This document shows, piece after piece, positions 40,101 to 52,620 of a stretch of DNA of 64,000 nt (its first letter is position 1; every line of letters begins with the position of its first letter). Origin of the DNA: Antechinus flavipes (lineage: Eukaryota); assembly GCF_016432865.1 (NCBI RefSeq), contig NC_067398.1:36766001-36830000 (forward strand), in the 5' to 3' direction. A program made the position numbers and the translations under genes. Below the pieces are notes generated by a model. That model was not told the DNA's origin, searched no databases, and was given only the letters and a program-made list of their open reading frames with translations.

Positions 40101-40525
40101 ATTCTTCAACTTGAAAACACTATAAGCAAGACTAAAGTGGAAGTAGAGTGAGGGAAGGCTTTGTTTGAAGATTGTGTACTAAGTGCAGCCTTTGAGACTT
40201 AGATGTAACAAAGTATACATCAATTCTGGGGCTTGTGATAATTTTGGCCTAACAATTAACACCAAGAAAATACAGGTGCTCCACCAACTAGCACCATATC
40301 ATCCATATGCGGAACCATTGGCTACAGTACATGGAGAAATTTTGATGGCTGAGGATAAGTTCAATTACCTTAGCAATATACTTTCCAGAGATGTCCATAT
40401 AGAGGATGAGATTGACAAACACATTGACAGAGTTAGTTCACTGTTTGGAAGGCACCAAAATAAAGTATGTGTGAGAGAAGGTATTGCCCTGCCTGCCAAA
40501 GTGAAAGACTCTACAACTGTTTTGT
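37164..40525 (+). mobile_element. Degenerate marsupial RTE LINE (RTE-1 type): 5'UTR plus APE-RT ORF, 3' end missing
   Basis: 5'UTR starts agtacctctgg; ORF start ATG 38011 (MISFIISTWNMWTLM); AGIGFAIK endonuclease motif; ORF pieces 39417..39644 (CGKVPGADFIPAEIYK) and 40183..40614 (FGLTINTKK...DEIDKHI); many stops and frameshifts. Confidence 0.9.
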
Positions 40526-40549
40526 TGAAAAGGACGACAGTAATGATGA

Positions 40550-40740
40550 ATGATAGCTCACATTTTATAGAGCAATATAAAGATTTGCAAAAAGAGATTC
40601 ATTATCTCATTTGACCCTCATAATAGTCCTGTGAGATTTTGTATGTCTCATTTTATAGATTAGAAAATGATTCCCAGAGATTTTTTAATGACTTGTCCAA
40701 ATTCACACAACTAGTAAGTATCTGAAGCAGGACCAGAAAT
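40550..40740 (-). mobile_element. MIR-like SINE
   Basis: tatctcatttgaccctcataatagtcctgtgag...ctcattttatagattagaaaatga. Confidence 0.6.
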
Positions 40741-41744
40741 ATAGTTGCTCCATATAGATATTTAATGAAGGCTTTATCCCCCTCCTCCATTTAACATAAT
40801 GCATCAAAGACAAGGACATTGCTTTTATCTTAACCATCCTTAAAGAAAACATTTAAAACTTCAATTCCTCTATATTATGAGATTTCTAACTATTGGAGTA
40901 GCTTCTCACTTGAGGGATATTTGAATTCAGGAATAAATTGATGCTTCTATTTTGGAACAAGTCAGGAAGAAAATGAGTCCAGTGTTCAGTTGGAACCTTG
41001 TTGGTACAGTCATACATGACTAGACCTGAGCCCATTGCTTTCTGGCTGTTTACAAAGAAAGTGCTTAAACTCTTGAGCTTAGCCTGACTTTTAGTTTCTT
41101 TTGTAGACTTTGACATTGGGAAATGTTTTCCCACAGGCATAATATTTCCCTTTGTAGGGACTATATTTAATATTCTGTCTTAACTTCCTCTTCAGAAATT
41201 TTCTAGATGAATAATTATGCCTCAGGAAAAGAAGTTAATTCTCCTCCCCCCAACCATCAAATTTAAGCCTAGAACAAATTCTGCCCTCACTTGCATTTGC
41301 ACTTTGTCTAGCATAGTGAGCAGGAAATACACCCACTAAGGTTAGTAATTATTGAAATTTATAACATCACATTAATTTTTGAAATCTTTTATTCAATTGC
41401 TTCAGAAGCAGGACTTTGAGTGGTTTGTCTGTTATTCTGTAGGCTGGAATCCTCTTCCCAGGTTTGTTCAGGTTTTTAAGGATAGTGCATTGAAGGAGAA
41501 CAGAAATTGGAAGGACAACCTCACAGTCCTAGTGAAATAAAAATTAGAAGTCTACAATTTCCCAATAACCAGTCAGGGCTTAAAGAAGATAGGATTTTTT
41601 CTTTTTAGTTAAAAAAAAACTTTTCCAGCCCCCCCCCTCAAAAAAAAAAAAAAACCGGATTTGAATATGTATATATGTAAGGGAAAGCTTGTAAATACTC
41701 CCGTGTTGATTTTAATATTTTAAGATAACCTGACCAGACAACAT

Positions 41745-41905
41745 GGATGTTGTCTCCCACCTTAGACTACATACTCCTTGAGAGTAGGGATAATTGTCTT
41801 GTCTCCCTCTCCCCACCTCTGTTTCTGTTCTTAGTATTTAACACAGTGCTAAGTACATAGTAGGTGCTTAATGAAAGCTTGTTGCCTGATTCACTGACTG
41901 ACTTG
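41745..41905 (+). mobile_element. L2 3' terminus
   Basis: gttgtctcccaccttagact...ctccttgagagtaggga...aacacagtgctaagtacatagtaggtgcttaatgaa. Confidence 0.75.
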
Positions 41906-43165
41906 AAAACAAGGAAAATATTTTTAAAAGACATATAATTGAGTGACTTTACTTCTAAGATACTCACAGTTAAAATATGGATCTGGAGAATTTAAGCTTA
42001 CATAGAAACCTAATAATACACACAATAAAATGTTGCCTCTGTAATTAACAAACATTCGAGGGCTTATAAGTTTGAAATGTAATGACAAAATCATGTTTAT
42101 TGCCAAGATAGGAAATATTAGTGTGTATATCACACCCTTGATGAGGATATATGTATATGTATATGTGTATGTATATATGTATACATATATGTTTTTCTTT
42201 AATAGATAGTGCTAAATTATAGCCAAATTCAGCACAGCCCTTTGAAATGTAGCAATAGCTGCCCTGTCAAGCTTGATATAAGATCATCTGGTATAAGCAT
42301 CAAAGAAAACCAATAGGACAACTAAAATTATCTTTGACCTGTTCCAAGCTGAGCCCATTTGTAGCAAGAGAGTAAAGGTTCTTCTACGATCACGCAGATA
42401 TGAGGGGTGGGAAAAGTTCCGGACTTATTTTTATTCTATTCCTAATTCCTATGAAGGAAAAGCTCTAAAGCTAGACAGAGTAGCAAGCCAGTGACTGAGA
42501 GACAGGGGGAAAAGGAGGCAATACGGAGAGATTGGCTGGTGGAAGAATGTATGAATTAGGGGTGATTGGAAGGAGAAAAGGGAAAAAAGCTGCTCAATAC
42601 AGAAAATAGAGAGAAGGTGGGGGTGGGAGGCAAAGCAGAAAGAGAAGGCGGGGGAGGGAAAGCCCGAGAGAGAAGGCGACAGGAGAGGGGAGAGGGAAGT
42701 GAGAACTGCCTTGATTTTGAGAGGAGAGAGAGTGGATAGGCAGGGAGGGGTACAAGGCGGGACGGGAGCTGCCTTTTCTTGTCTTGTGCCAGCTCCAGGA
42801 GGGGGTAAGGCGGAGCCTCCCCGACGGATTCGCGTGCTGCCAACCTGGGAGAGGCTGGTTACTCCCTGAGGAGGAGCAGCGGAAAACAAGAGGCTCTTAA
42901 CCCTGCAAGTCAGCCTAGCTTCTGCTCTGAGCAACTGGGGTGGCGGAAGAACTTTCCTTTGGGGAAGCACGAAATCTGATCTCGCCCAGGAAGGCCAACG
43001 AGGTGTGTTGCCAGAAATTTGTTGGGGTGGTGGTGATCTTTCTCACTCGCAGTCGTGCCCTGCTTCTTCCTCCCCTGCTAATTCTCTCCCTCCCAAGATC
43101 TTTCAATCCCTAAAGCATTCCTCTATCAAGATAGGGGACTGGGTGGCGATTTGACTCAGTATTGG

Positions 43166-43170
<5 letters not shown>

Positions 43171-43240
<70 letters not shown>
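43171..43240. repeat. (TG)n microsatellite inside the promoter
   Basis: Direct read, one ct interruption. Confidence 0.97.
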
Positions 43241-43242
<2 letters not shown>

Positions 43243-43591
43243 GCAATCCATCTCCCACAAAGTGGGAAACAACGTGTTTGTGGTCCTCCACCTGTCTCCT
43301 TCCATTTGTACCCCTTTCTCCCTACTTCTCTGATCCTCTAACACCTCTCTTTCCATTACTAAAATTTAAGTTAATATTCCTGTCAATCAGAGGGAGGTGG
43401 AAACCCTATGGGGCTTCCTCCACCTTAACACCCAGCAACTGCTTGGAGCTACTGAAGATAACCTCCCTTCAATGATCCCAAAAGGCCTCCTTCTGGTCAT
43501 TTAGCTGTCTGGAAGAGATGAACTGCACGGGCTCTCAACTCGCCCTTCTTTCTACCCCTTAGGTGGGTAAAAGCATCAGGGGTTCACAGAC

Positions 43592-43724
43592 NNNNNNNNN
43601 NNNNNNNNNNNNNNNNNNNNNNNNNNNNNNNNNNNNNNNNNNNNNNNNNNNNNNNNNNNNNNNNNNNNNNNNNNNNNNNNNNNNNNNNNNNNNNNNNNNN
43701 NNNNNNNNNNNNNNNNNNNNNNNN
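43592..43724. other. Assembly gap (133 N)
   Basis: Run of n. Confidence 1.
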
Positions 43725-43772
43725 TCGACGCGTTACCATGGCTCCCTGGAAGCTGTGCCTGAGGACCTAGAC

Positions 43773-43820
43773 ATGCCGGTCACGGATGTTCCCTTCTTCC
43801 TTCTTTGTGCCGGTTTTTTG
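43773..43820 (+). CDS. Candidate first coding exon, MPVTDVPFFLLCAGFL, phase-0 donor (possible signal-peptide start)
   Basis: gacATGc start, 16 codons with a hydrophobic tail, then gtgagt; frame also open back to the gap; protein not recognised. Confidence 0.35.
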
Positions 43821-43827
43821 GTGAGTG

Positions 43828-43979
43828 NNNNNNNNNNNNNNNNNNNNNNNNNNNNNNNNNNNNNNNNNNNNNNNNNNNNNNNNNNNNNNNNNNNNNNNNN
43901 NNNNNNNNNNNNNNNNNNNNNNNNNNNNNNNNNNNNNNNNNNNNNNNNNNNNNNNNNNNNNNNNNNNNNNNNNNNNNNN
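43828..43979. other. Assembly gap (152 N)
   Basis: Run of n. Confidence 1.
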
Positions 43980-44199
43980 AGAGCTCCTGGGGCGGGGGGA
44001 GGGGTTGGTAGATGGGGCAGTTCTGTCCCTGTCCACTTCTCTAAAGCCGCCCTCTCTCAGCAAGGAGGCTGGGTGGAAAATCCAATCAACTCCTGTTCCT
44101 ACTATTACTTGGGCAGCTACTAACCACCATCTCCAGGGGGTGGGCTATGGGGGAGCGGGAGGGAGTGCAGAGCTGAAGTAGAAACGCTGGCAACAAGGA

Positions 44200-44208
44200 A
44201 GGGTAAGT
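44200..44208 (+). promoter_or_regulatory. Consensus 5' splice donor of a probable alternative first exon
   Basis: caaggaAGG|GTAAGT. Confidence 0.55.
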
Positions 44209-44254
44209 GTCTGGAGAGCGCCCAGCCAGGGTGCCAAGATACAGAAGAACGGAG

Positions 44255-44256
<2 letters not shown>

Positions 44257-44300
<44 letters not shown>
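44257..44300. repeat. (GT)n microsatellite
   Basis: Direct read. Confidence 0.97.
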
Positions 44301-44302
<2 letters not shown>

Positions 44303-46637
44303 GGGGAGAGAGAAAGGGAGAGGAGAGTTGAGGGATTGGGGGGCGGGAGCCTAGGGAAACCCAAGGAACCTAGTGTTTTGACCTGGGGTGTGCAGATAGA
44401 GCTGCCTTTGGCTCTCCGGGGAGATTAAGGCACTGAGATTTTTTTTCCCTATTTTTGCCCTAAAAGATAGATAAAGGAGAGGAGGAAGAGTGGGAGGGTG
44501 GAGTGCCTAGGCTAGAAGTACCCTGGGTGACCCCCATTTCCTCCCCCAGGGACCCGATCTAGGCTGGTACAGTGGGTTGCTCGAAGGAGATGCGTTCGTT
44601 GTTGGGGAAGAGGTTCTTGGCAAGGAAATCCCACGTTTCCAGTCTCTGCCGCTTGTTCGGAACCTTGCCCTTTAAATCCTCGGCTTTGGCTGCCAGGGGG
44701 GAAGCGAGCCAGGCTTAGCCCGCGGGGAACAACGGAGGAGGCACTGGGGACCCGGCAACTTGGGGAGCTTTGGAATGCGTTTGGTGGTGCACGCTCCCGT
44801 GCCCGTGTGTACGCGGCCGCGTTCGTGAGAGCGCGTGCACCGCGCCAGGCACATCTTCAGGGACTGCTGGGGAGGGGAGGCAGGGACGCTGAGCTCTGGC
44901 ACCAGTGGCTCTTTTGGAAGCCACCTTCTGCTCCATGCCATTCTGTCTCCTCTTCCCTCTCCTCTCTGAAACCATCTGTCACTGCCACTGAGACCATTCA
45001 GAAAGGCAAGATTCTGGCCAGAGCAGATTGAGATGAATAAGCTGCTGGACCTGGCAAAGTTGGCATGGGAGGGCATCGAGAAGCGTGCTTCAGCAAACGG
45101 GAGGGAGGGGAAACTTTGAGTAGCCGTACTGGAGGAGGAAAAAACGAGATTTTAATGAATAAAATCAAGATATTTTCTAGGACTCTGGATGTGGGAAATG
45201 GGGGCCGGGGGAAGGAGGGGGGCGGTCCCTTGTTCCCATTTACAGTTGCTGCTTTTTGAGTTCAGTTTGCTTAATTTCAGCCTTCCCTGATGGATAATAA
45301 TGAGCTTGGATAGTATTCTTTGGTTCAGATATACATTTAATTTCATTCTGCCCATTTTATCCTTAAGTGCTGTAGTGAATTTACCCAAAGTGGCACAGTG
45401 TGGTGGTATATAATGATCTCTTGTGAGCTCCTCAATGTAGTTAGGGAGTAAATTGAGACAAATGGGTGATATTTTAAAAGAATTTGACTGAGTGTGATTT
45501 CTGGGTACTGTAGTTCATTAAAAATGGATTTCAGAGCATTTTGTGCTCACTTTCCAAAAAGGGCTTCAGAGTGCAATGGTAAAATCATCTGATGCTTTGT
45601 GTTTTCTTGTAGTTATACTGTCCTCAAGGCCTTCAAACAATGGCTTTTAGTGAAAGGAAATAAGTGTTTACTTTTCAGCCCACTAGGTGTGTGATTTCTT
45701 CACCATAGACTATACTCCCAGCTCTGTAAAGTTAATTTCAATCATTAAGTCTATTACATGATGTAATACTCCATTGAACATAGCTGCTACCTTGAAGTTC
45801 GGTGATCTCATGAAGTATGCAGGCTCTCTATATGAAATCGGTCTTGTATGTTTACTCATGTGTTTTTGGTGAATGTCAGAAAAATAAATGTGGGAGATTT
45901 TATAGATAAATATAGATATATGCAGATATCCATATGCTCATACATAAATATATACCTATATACTTACATACATACATATACATATATACCATTTCCACTG
46001 CCCTCCAGGTTTATATCTTAATATTGACATTCTTTGAAAATAAAATTTCAGTATAGATGACAGATTATCTCAGCCACTTTTCATAGCAACTGGTACATAG
46101 TAAATCCTGAATGAATTCTTGTTCCCTAAACCTAGAACATAGTTTTTTTTTTTTTTTTGGTTTTGTCTAAACATTTTATTCATTTAGCTAGGTCATTTTA
46201 TGAAGGATTTGATAAGTAAAATATTAGATCTCTAATCTTTTTTCCCCATTGGGTAAGGGAAGATTCCACAGTGGAACAGAACCAATAGGATAATAAGCAA
46301 ACTTGAAAAATCTGGTTAAATTGTGTATTTACTGGTAAAAGTTTAGGTATTCTGCGTTGACAATCCCTCTTGAGAGAAGGCTTAATCTTCACATAGAGGT
46401 TTAAAAGGTATCCAAGAGAATTAATGTGACAGCTTGACTGGAGTTCATTTGATCATTTAAATATTGTTTCCCAGGAGTCCTGGCATAGATGTTTCACTTA
46501 TTGGAAATAATTTTTCACTTTGGTCTGTGACAGATGACAGAACGAAGTATTCTATGCCTATTTTACAATTTTTGAGATTGCTTTATGGTTTAAAAAAATC
46601 TAATGAACACTTAAATGAGTCAGAAAAATACATTAAA

Positions 46638-46670
<33 letters not shown>

Positions 46671-47184
46671 CACACAACCTCCCTAAAGGTGAGACATGAG
46701 GGGAAAAGAATAACCCATGACTAGTCATAGAGTTGATCTGAATTCAAATTTGGTAAACCAGTTGACATGGTATGGTTTAATCAAGGCAAAGGAACCTTCT
46801 TCATGAAAACAGTTGTCAATGGTGCATTTTATTATTGGTTTCAATCAGTGTACATAGCCATTTTTTTAGTTGGAGACTGAGTACTATATTTTCAATTATG
46901 AACATTTTGATTACAGTTTCATTCTAAGTAACTAATTCACAGTCTGAAGAGAATGCAATTATTATGGTGATTTACATACAATATGCTAAATTAAAATAGC
47001 TAATGAGGGAAAGCATTATGTTTCTTCTATTCATTCCAGAAAGGGAAAAAAATATTGTGCCTTATAAGTATTTATTCAAAGAAAAAATAACTATTCATCA
47101 GCATTTTAACATTACTTCCAAACATTCTGCCACATAATTTCATTGAAACTAAACCACTAACTATATAAAGTTTCTTTTGCATTT

Positions 47185-47440
47185 GCAACTAGGTGGCATA
47201 GAGGATCTAAGCCCTGGGCCTACAGTCTAAGATAAAATGAATTCAAATCCAGCCTGGATAATTTTCTTGTTAGATAACTCTGGGAAAATCCATTAATCTC
47301 TGTTTGCCTTAGTTTTCCCAATTGTAAAATAGGATTATAATTGCTCTGATCTCCCAGGGTTATTGTGAGGATGAAATGATATAATATTTGTAAAGTGCCT
47401 AACATGAAGAGTACTTAATAAATACATGTTCCATTTTCTT
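47185..47440 (+). mobile_element. Near full-length MIR-like SINE
   Basis: ctaggtggcatagagg...ttcaaatccagcc...gccttagttttcccaattgtaaaatagg...ttattgtgaggatgaaatgat. Confidence 0.75.
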
Positions 47441-48006
47441 CTCCCTTAATATTTCCAACTCTTAGCTGGGCACTTAGTAGGCACTTAATAAATGTTTAGT
47501 GACTGTTGGTTGACTCTTGGTAGCACAACATATGCCATTTCTTTTCCATTTGAGAGCCAATGAAGGGGAATGAAGAGGGACAAGCCACTATTTAGATATA
47601 GTGCCTTTCCCTCAAAATTTCTTCACATTTTAACTAAAGGCAAGAATCTTTTTTTTTTCCTTCTCTAATTTGGAAGGACAGTTAACACCTCAAACATTAC
47701 TAATTACTGCAGTTTATTTTATCAGTGTTGCTAGTCTACTTAGTTAATTATAGCTTCCCCATAAGCATCATGTTGAGAATAATGAATTAGGGTAACATTT
47801 TAATCAAAAGAACATCTATGCCTTTTATCTTCTGTGAATACAAATATTATTGTGTTACCAAAAGTCACCATAATTTCCCCAAAGGAAAACACAACAATAA
47901 CAACAACAAAAACGAAAAACCAGGATTTTTTTTTTTTTTTACCAATTTGACTTAGAAGCTGAATGAATGAGTTGAATTGATCAGAAACAAGTGTCTGTGA
48001 GCTCCT

Positions 48007-48021
48007 GGTTGCTTGGCAACC
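48007..48021. promoter_or_regulatory. RFX X-box-like palindrome
   Basis: GGTTGC-ttg-GCAACC, matching the RFX consensus GTTRCC/YNNGGYAAC. Confidence 0.5.
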
Positions 48022-48999
48022 CAACATTATTCTGCAATTTCTTCTGGTATATTTATCCACTAAACTAGAAAATTCTGTTTTGTTAAAGAATGTTTTTAAC
48101 TGGTGCATAAATAGACCATAACCAATGGAAATTTTATGTATTGAGGATTTAAAATGATGCTATATGCCTTCCCATTGTGATTGGATAATCAAATGCCAAG
48201 AAAAAAAGGAACTCTCTTCTCAGATTCATATTGCTTAGAATAGCTTATATTTTTCACATTTATTCACATTGCCTTGTAGCCATGTGTAGGATCAGTCTTT
48301 CTTATCTTTATGGGGATATAATTATTGAAATATACTGGATTTCAGTTTCTCATATAGGCCTCCACACCAAATAGTTGTCTAGTAAATTTGAAAAGGTCTA
48401 AATCACCAATCCAAATAATTAAAATTCTTCAAATCTAGTGCTTTCATACTTTTGTTTCAATGAATTCATGATCTCATGGATCTGTCTATTTCTGTCACCT
48501 AAGCAAAATGCTACCTGTTCATACATGTGTTTTTGTATTTTGTGATGCTTTTACATATCTTCTCGTAATTTCCTTGAATCTGTTCCCAGAAAATTAAATC
48601 TTCCTTTCATTCATTTAACATTTTGTGAATGTGAGTTCAAAGTGCTGTCCTCCAGTCTTGATATATTCCTGTCTCATCCATTTTTTCAGATCACCTATGT
48701 TCATTGTCAATATCATGTTTGTAATTAATCTTTCTATTTCTCATTGTGTATCCTCCACTTCTCATTCAGTTTAGATCATAACCTTAGCACTTAACAGACG
48801 ACTTGGAAAATATCAAGTCTATAGCAAATGGTCATCTAAATTTCATGCTAAAAATTGTTTCATTCATTTGCCTTGCAGACACATTGCATTAAGGAAATAG
48901 AATATCAATTCAATTCAGTTATTTAACTGAATTATTGTGCTTGGGATGTGCTGATGATTCAGGAATAAAAATAAATGATCTCCTACCCTTACCACCTTC

Positions 49000-49310
49000 C
49001 CTTCTTTAGGTGGATACAATAGGAACACAACTAAGTATAATAAAGGGTATGAAGTGAAGGGGATGAAGAAGAGATAGATAAAGAATCCAAGAAAAGTTTG
49101 AATCAGATGAGATGGTAAACTTAATTGGCTTTAACAGGAAAGGCCTCAAGAAGGAAGCTGCCTTCAAACAGAGACTTGAAGAATACTTAGGATTCCAAAA
49201 GACACACGAGGAAGGAGTATGACAAGAAATTTAGGATCATGGAAAGAGCACCAGTTCGATTTGATCTTTTCCTTCAGTTTTGGGCCTCGATTGCTTGGGC
49301 AGCAATGTCT
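49000..49310 (-). mobile_element. L2 fragment
   Basis: aggaaggcctcaagaaggaagctgccttcaaacagagacttgaagaatac. Confidence 0.5.
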
Positions 49311-51329
49311 AAGAATTATATCAAGGAGAACATATGCATATACACATCTAAGAAAACAAATACATATGTTCATATAAATACATGTATAGAGAGAGAGACT
49401 TGCCCATTATGGCCTTTGCTAACCTGGCAATCTTCTTCTAATCCATCTTATATAAGGAAGGTTTTCTTAAATTTTATTAACTCAGTATTATTCCTACCTT
49501 TCGAAGAGAAAATTTCCCATGACTTCAGTGACTATATGAACATGCAACTTCCTGTTATGTATCTTGCTTGACAGTAATTTTCAGCAGATCATTATCTCTA
49601 TTGTCACATCTGTGAGAGCATATTGTATGATTTAAACATAATCATGGGAGTTTCTATGTTTGAAGATAGTTTTGAGGCTGTTTTATTTCCTCTATTGAGT
49701 TAAATGGTTATTTTGAAATCCAGAAACAAGAGAAATAGAGGAATCATATATTGTCACACTCTAGCAGGTTTTTGAATGCAAAAAAAGTATTCTGATGAAG
49801 AAAATAAGTCATCAAAACTTTAACTATTCCCTTCTCACATATACATGCTTATTCCATGAATTGATAATTATTGTAGAGATTTAGTAAAGATAACAAAATT
49901 GGCATGTGTATTGACAGTTGCTGATTTCTTTTTGCTCATATGCATGGTTTTTTTTTTTTTTCTGGTAAAAGTGCTATCCATGATTTTTTTTTCTATTAAA
50001 ACAAACAAATACAGAAAACAAGACAAAACAAACCTCTCCTTTGAGATAGCTTGTAAAACATTCTGCAAGTATCTTTAAAATTATGTCATCTTCAGTTTTA
50101 TAGAAATGCAAATTTCTTCTTTATTACTTGGCCAGTTCTACCCACTTTTCCTGATTTTATTGCCTTAATTGCTTTTCCTTTAGGGGAAAAAGGGGACTGG
50201 CCAATAGGGGCACATTTGAAACTATGTTGACACCATCCAAATATGGCAGTTCTACTACCATGGATGCTGAGCATAAATTCCCATAGCATATCTGTTCCAT
50301 GCCACATCTGTTCTGTTTTGTGGCCATCCTTTCAGTTTAACAATTATGATCTTTGGATGATTGGGTTAGCTGAATTTCCTATCAAATTTTATTTAAGCTA
50401 TTCTTCCCTTTCCACTCATATATTTTTTTTACCTTTTTGTGAGTCAAAATTACTGATAATCTACCATCAATCTCCTCTGTAATATTTTATAAATGAATTT
50501 ATACTTTTATCTGGTCCATCCTTGACTGTAATATTCCGGTGTTTGGCAAGAAGATAAGTTTTTGCTAGCTGAATTGGTTTCTGAATTAAATCAGTTTCCC
50601 CCCTGTGGTAACTCTCTTGTAATGGTTAAAATTCTCTAAAAAGTGGTGATCAAGTCAATATCTTATGTCTGTTTGCCATATTTGAGATTCAATATTTTGT
50701 TTGTTGTTGAGATAAAAATGGCTATTGACACACAGTACCAGTCCTAATTTAGTATTGATCTCTCCCAGCAACTTATCAATTTCCATGGGCCATTGATTTT
50801 GGGCATGGACAACTAGACATCCTTGTTCATAACTAATATTCCACTTAAATTATATTGGATTGTTGAGCTATTGTTTTATAATAACTAACATTTAAATAGT
50901 GCTTTAGCTTTATAAAATATATGTATCACCTAGGATTGAAGCCCAGTTGTCGAATACTCTTCTTGCTGATAAAGATATAAAGATTGATTACATCTATCTA
51001 TCACACACAATATGCTTCTTCATATATAGTGTGTGTACTATCAAGCAATATATGCTTATACAGATATATATATGAATGTGTATACATATACAATACATGT
51101 GTGTATCTATATGTGAGTATGTGTGTATGTGTATTCTTCTTCCCTTAATCTTTCCCACTCTTTAGACCCTAGAATATTTAACTGCATGCCTTCTCTCTCA
51201 AACTTATATGCCTGAAAACCTTCAGTCTCTGTCCTCTACCAAAAATACTCACAAATGCTTCTTCACATTGATTTATTAATCCCTACCTCTAAGGGCAATC
51301 ATATATAAATGGACTTGAGATCAAGATTA

Positions 51330-51520
51330 CATATATCATTTTATTTGGTTCTTACAAGAAACCTCTGAGTTAGGTACTCTTATCCCCATTTTAAAAATGA
51401 GGAGAGGCACAGAGCAGTTAAGTGCTTCTTCCAGGGTTATATAATTAATGTGTCTGAGACTGAATCAGAATTCCACTCTTCCCAATTCTAAATCCAGTAT
51501 GCTTTCTACTGTGCCACATA
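51330..51520 (-). mobile_element. MIR-like SINE
   Basis: tatccccattttaaaaatgaggagaggcacagagcagttaagtgcttcttccagggtt. Confidence 0.6.
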
Positions 51521-51754
51521 GCAACTTCAATTCATCAAATCCCTTTGAACTTTTCTTAAAGAAAATATTTGTCTTGTATAAATAACATTTCTAAAGTTTT
51601 TGTAAAAAAAAAAAAAAACAACAACCTTGATTTAGAATCACATTTTTCAGCATAACTTTTGCTACTATTCCCCTTGCTTAGCTTTGAATCACCAGATATC
51701 AAATTATGAGATGATTTATTAAAGAAGATCATGCAAACTCTTCACAATATTCCA

Positions 51755-52620
51755 TTAGATGAGGATAAACAGAAAGACAAAATTCAATCCCTGCTCTCAA
51801 AGACCTAATAGGCTAATGAGGATGACCAAGTGTAAACAACTTCATTTAAAACAAGTTCTATACAGGATACCTTTGGGATAATCTCAGAAGAAAGGCATCA
51901 AGATTAAGGAGGACTGGGGAATGTTTTTGTAGAAGGTAGAACTTTAGCTGATTCTCAAAGGAAACCAGGAAATGGGCAGGAGAGTACAGATAGTTGTAGA
52001 CTTGTGAGACAACTATGAAAGCATTCATTGTTGGGAGACAGAGTGTTTTGTGTGGAGGAATATCAAGGAAGCCAGTGTCACTGGATTGCAGAGTAGAGGA
52101 AGTGCCGTAATATATAAAGAGATTGGAAAAGTAAGAAGGGTTAGGTTGTTTTGGGCTTTAAAAACAAAGGTTTTCCAGTTTGATCCTGGAAGTTTTGAAG
52201 AGTTCCTAGAGTTATTCAATTAGGGAGGATTTTCAAATATGTGATTAATAAAGACCATTTTGACGGCTGAGCAAAGCATGAACCGAAGTAGGAAGAGATG
52301 TGAAAAGGGAATACCAACAAAGAAGTTATTACCTGCTGGTGATGTTGACCTGCTCTAATCTAGAGCTAGTGTCAGAGCAAGGAAGGGAGCATATAGGAAA
52401 GATATTAAAGAAGAACATTTAATGACATATGGGAGCTGGGATTTGAAAGATGAAGCAGGGATGGCAACTAGAGTGTGAGCCTAAGTAACGGAGAAGGTGA
52501 TAGTACCCATGACCTTAATAGGCAAGTTTGGAAGAAGGGAGGATTTTGGTATATTGATATTGAGTTTTGGAAATGTTGAGTTTAAATTGGCTTTGGAATA
52601 TCTGGTTTCATTTTCTCATC
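51755..52620 (-). mobile_element. L2 3' fragment
   Basis: caatccctgctctcaaagacc...aaggaagccagtgtcactggattgcagag...gtttgatcctggaag...gggatggcaactagagtgtgagcct. Confidence 0.8.

Larger units (their letters stand above)
42700..45250. promoter_or_regulatory. CpG-island promoter region, probably for a + strand gene with alternative first exons
   Basis: Abrupt rise in GC and CpG against an AT-rich background; + strand donors at 42804/5 (GG|gtaagg), 43820/1 (TTG|gtgagt), 44202/3 (AGG|gtaagt); palindrome ACGCGGCCGCGT at 44811-44822. Confidence 0.8.

Noticed and set aside
42449-43106. Long minus-strand ORFs over the promoter (173, 95 and 63 aa), and 44672..45076
   Set aside because: Mostly non-ATG starts; GC-rich and purine-skewed sequence with few stops; no domain similarity
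44125-44141. CTCF-like ccagggggtgg motifs (also near 44690)
   Set aside because: Only partial matches in G-rich sequence
50098-50482. Lys-rich ORF ending KSGKVGRTGQVIKKKFAFL, considered as a processed pseudogene or viral fragment
   Set aside because: No recognisable parent protein, poly(A) or TSD
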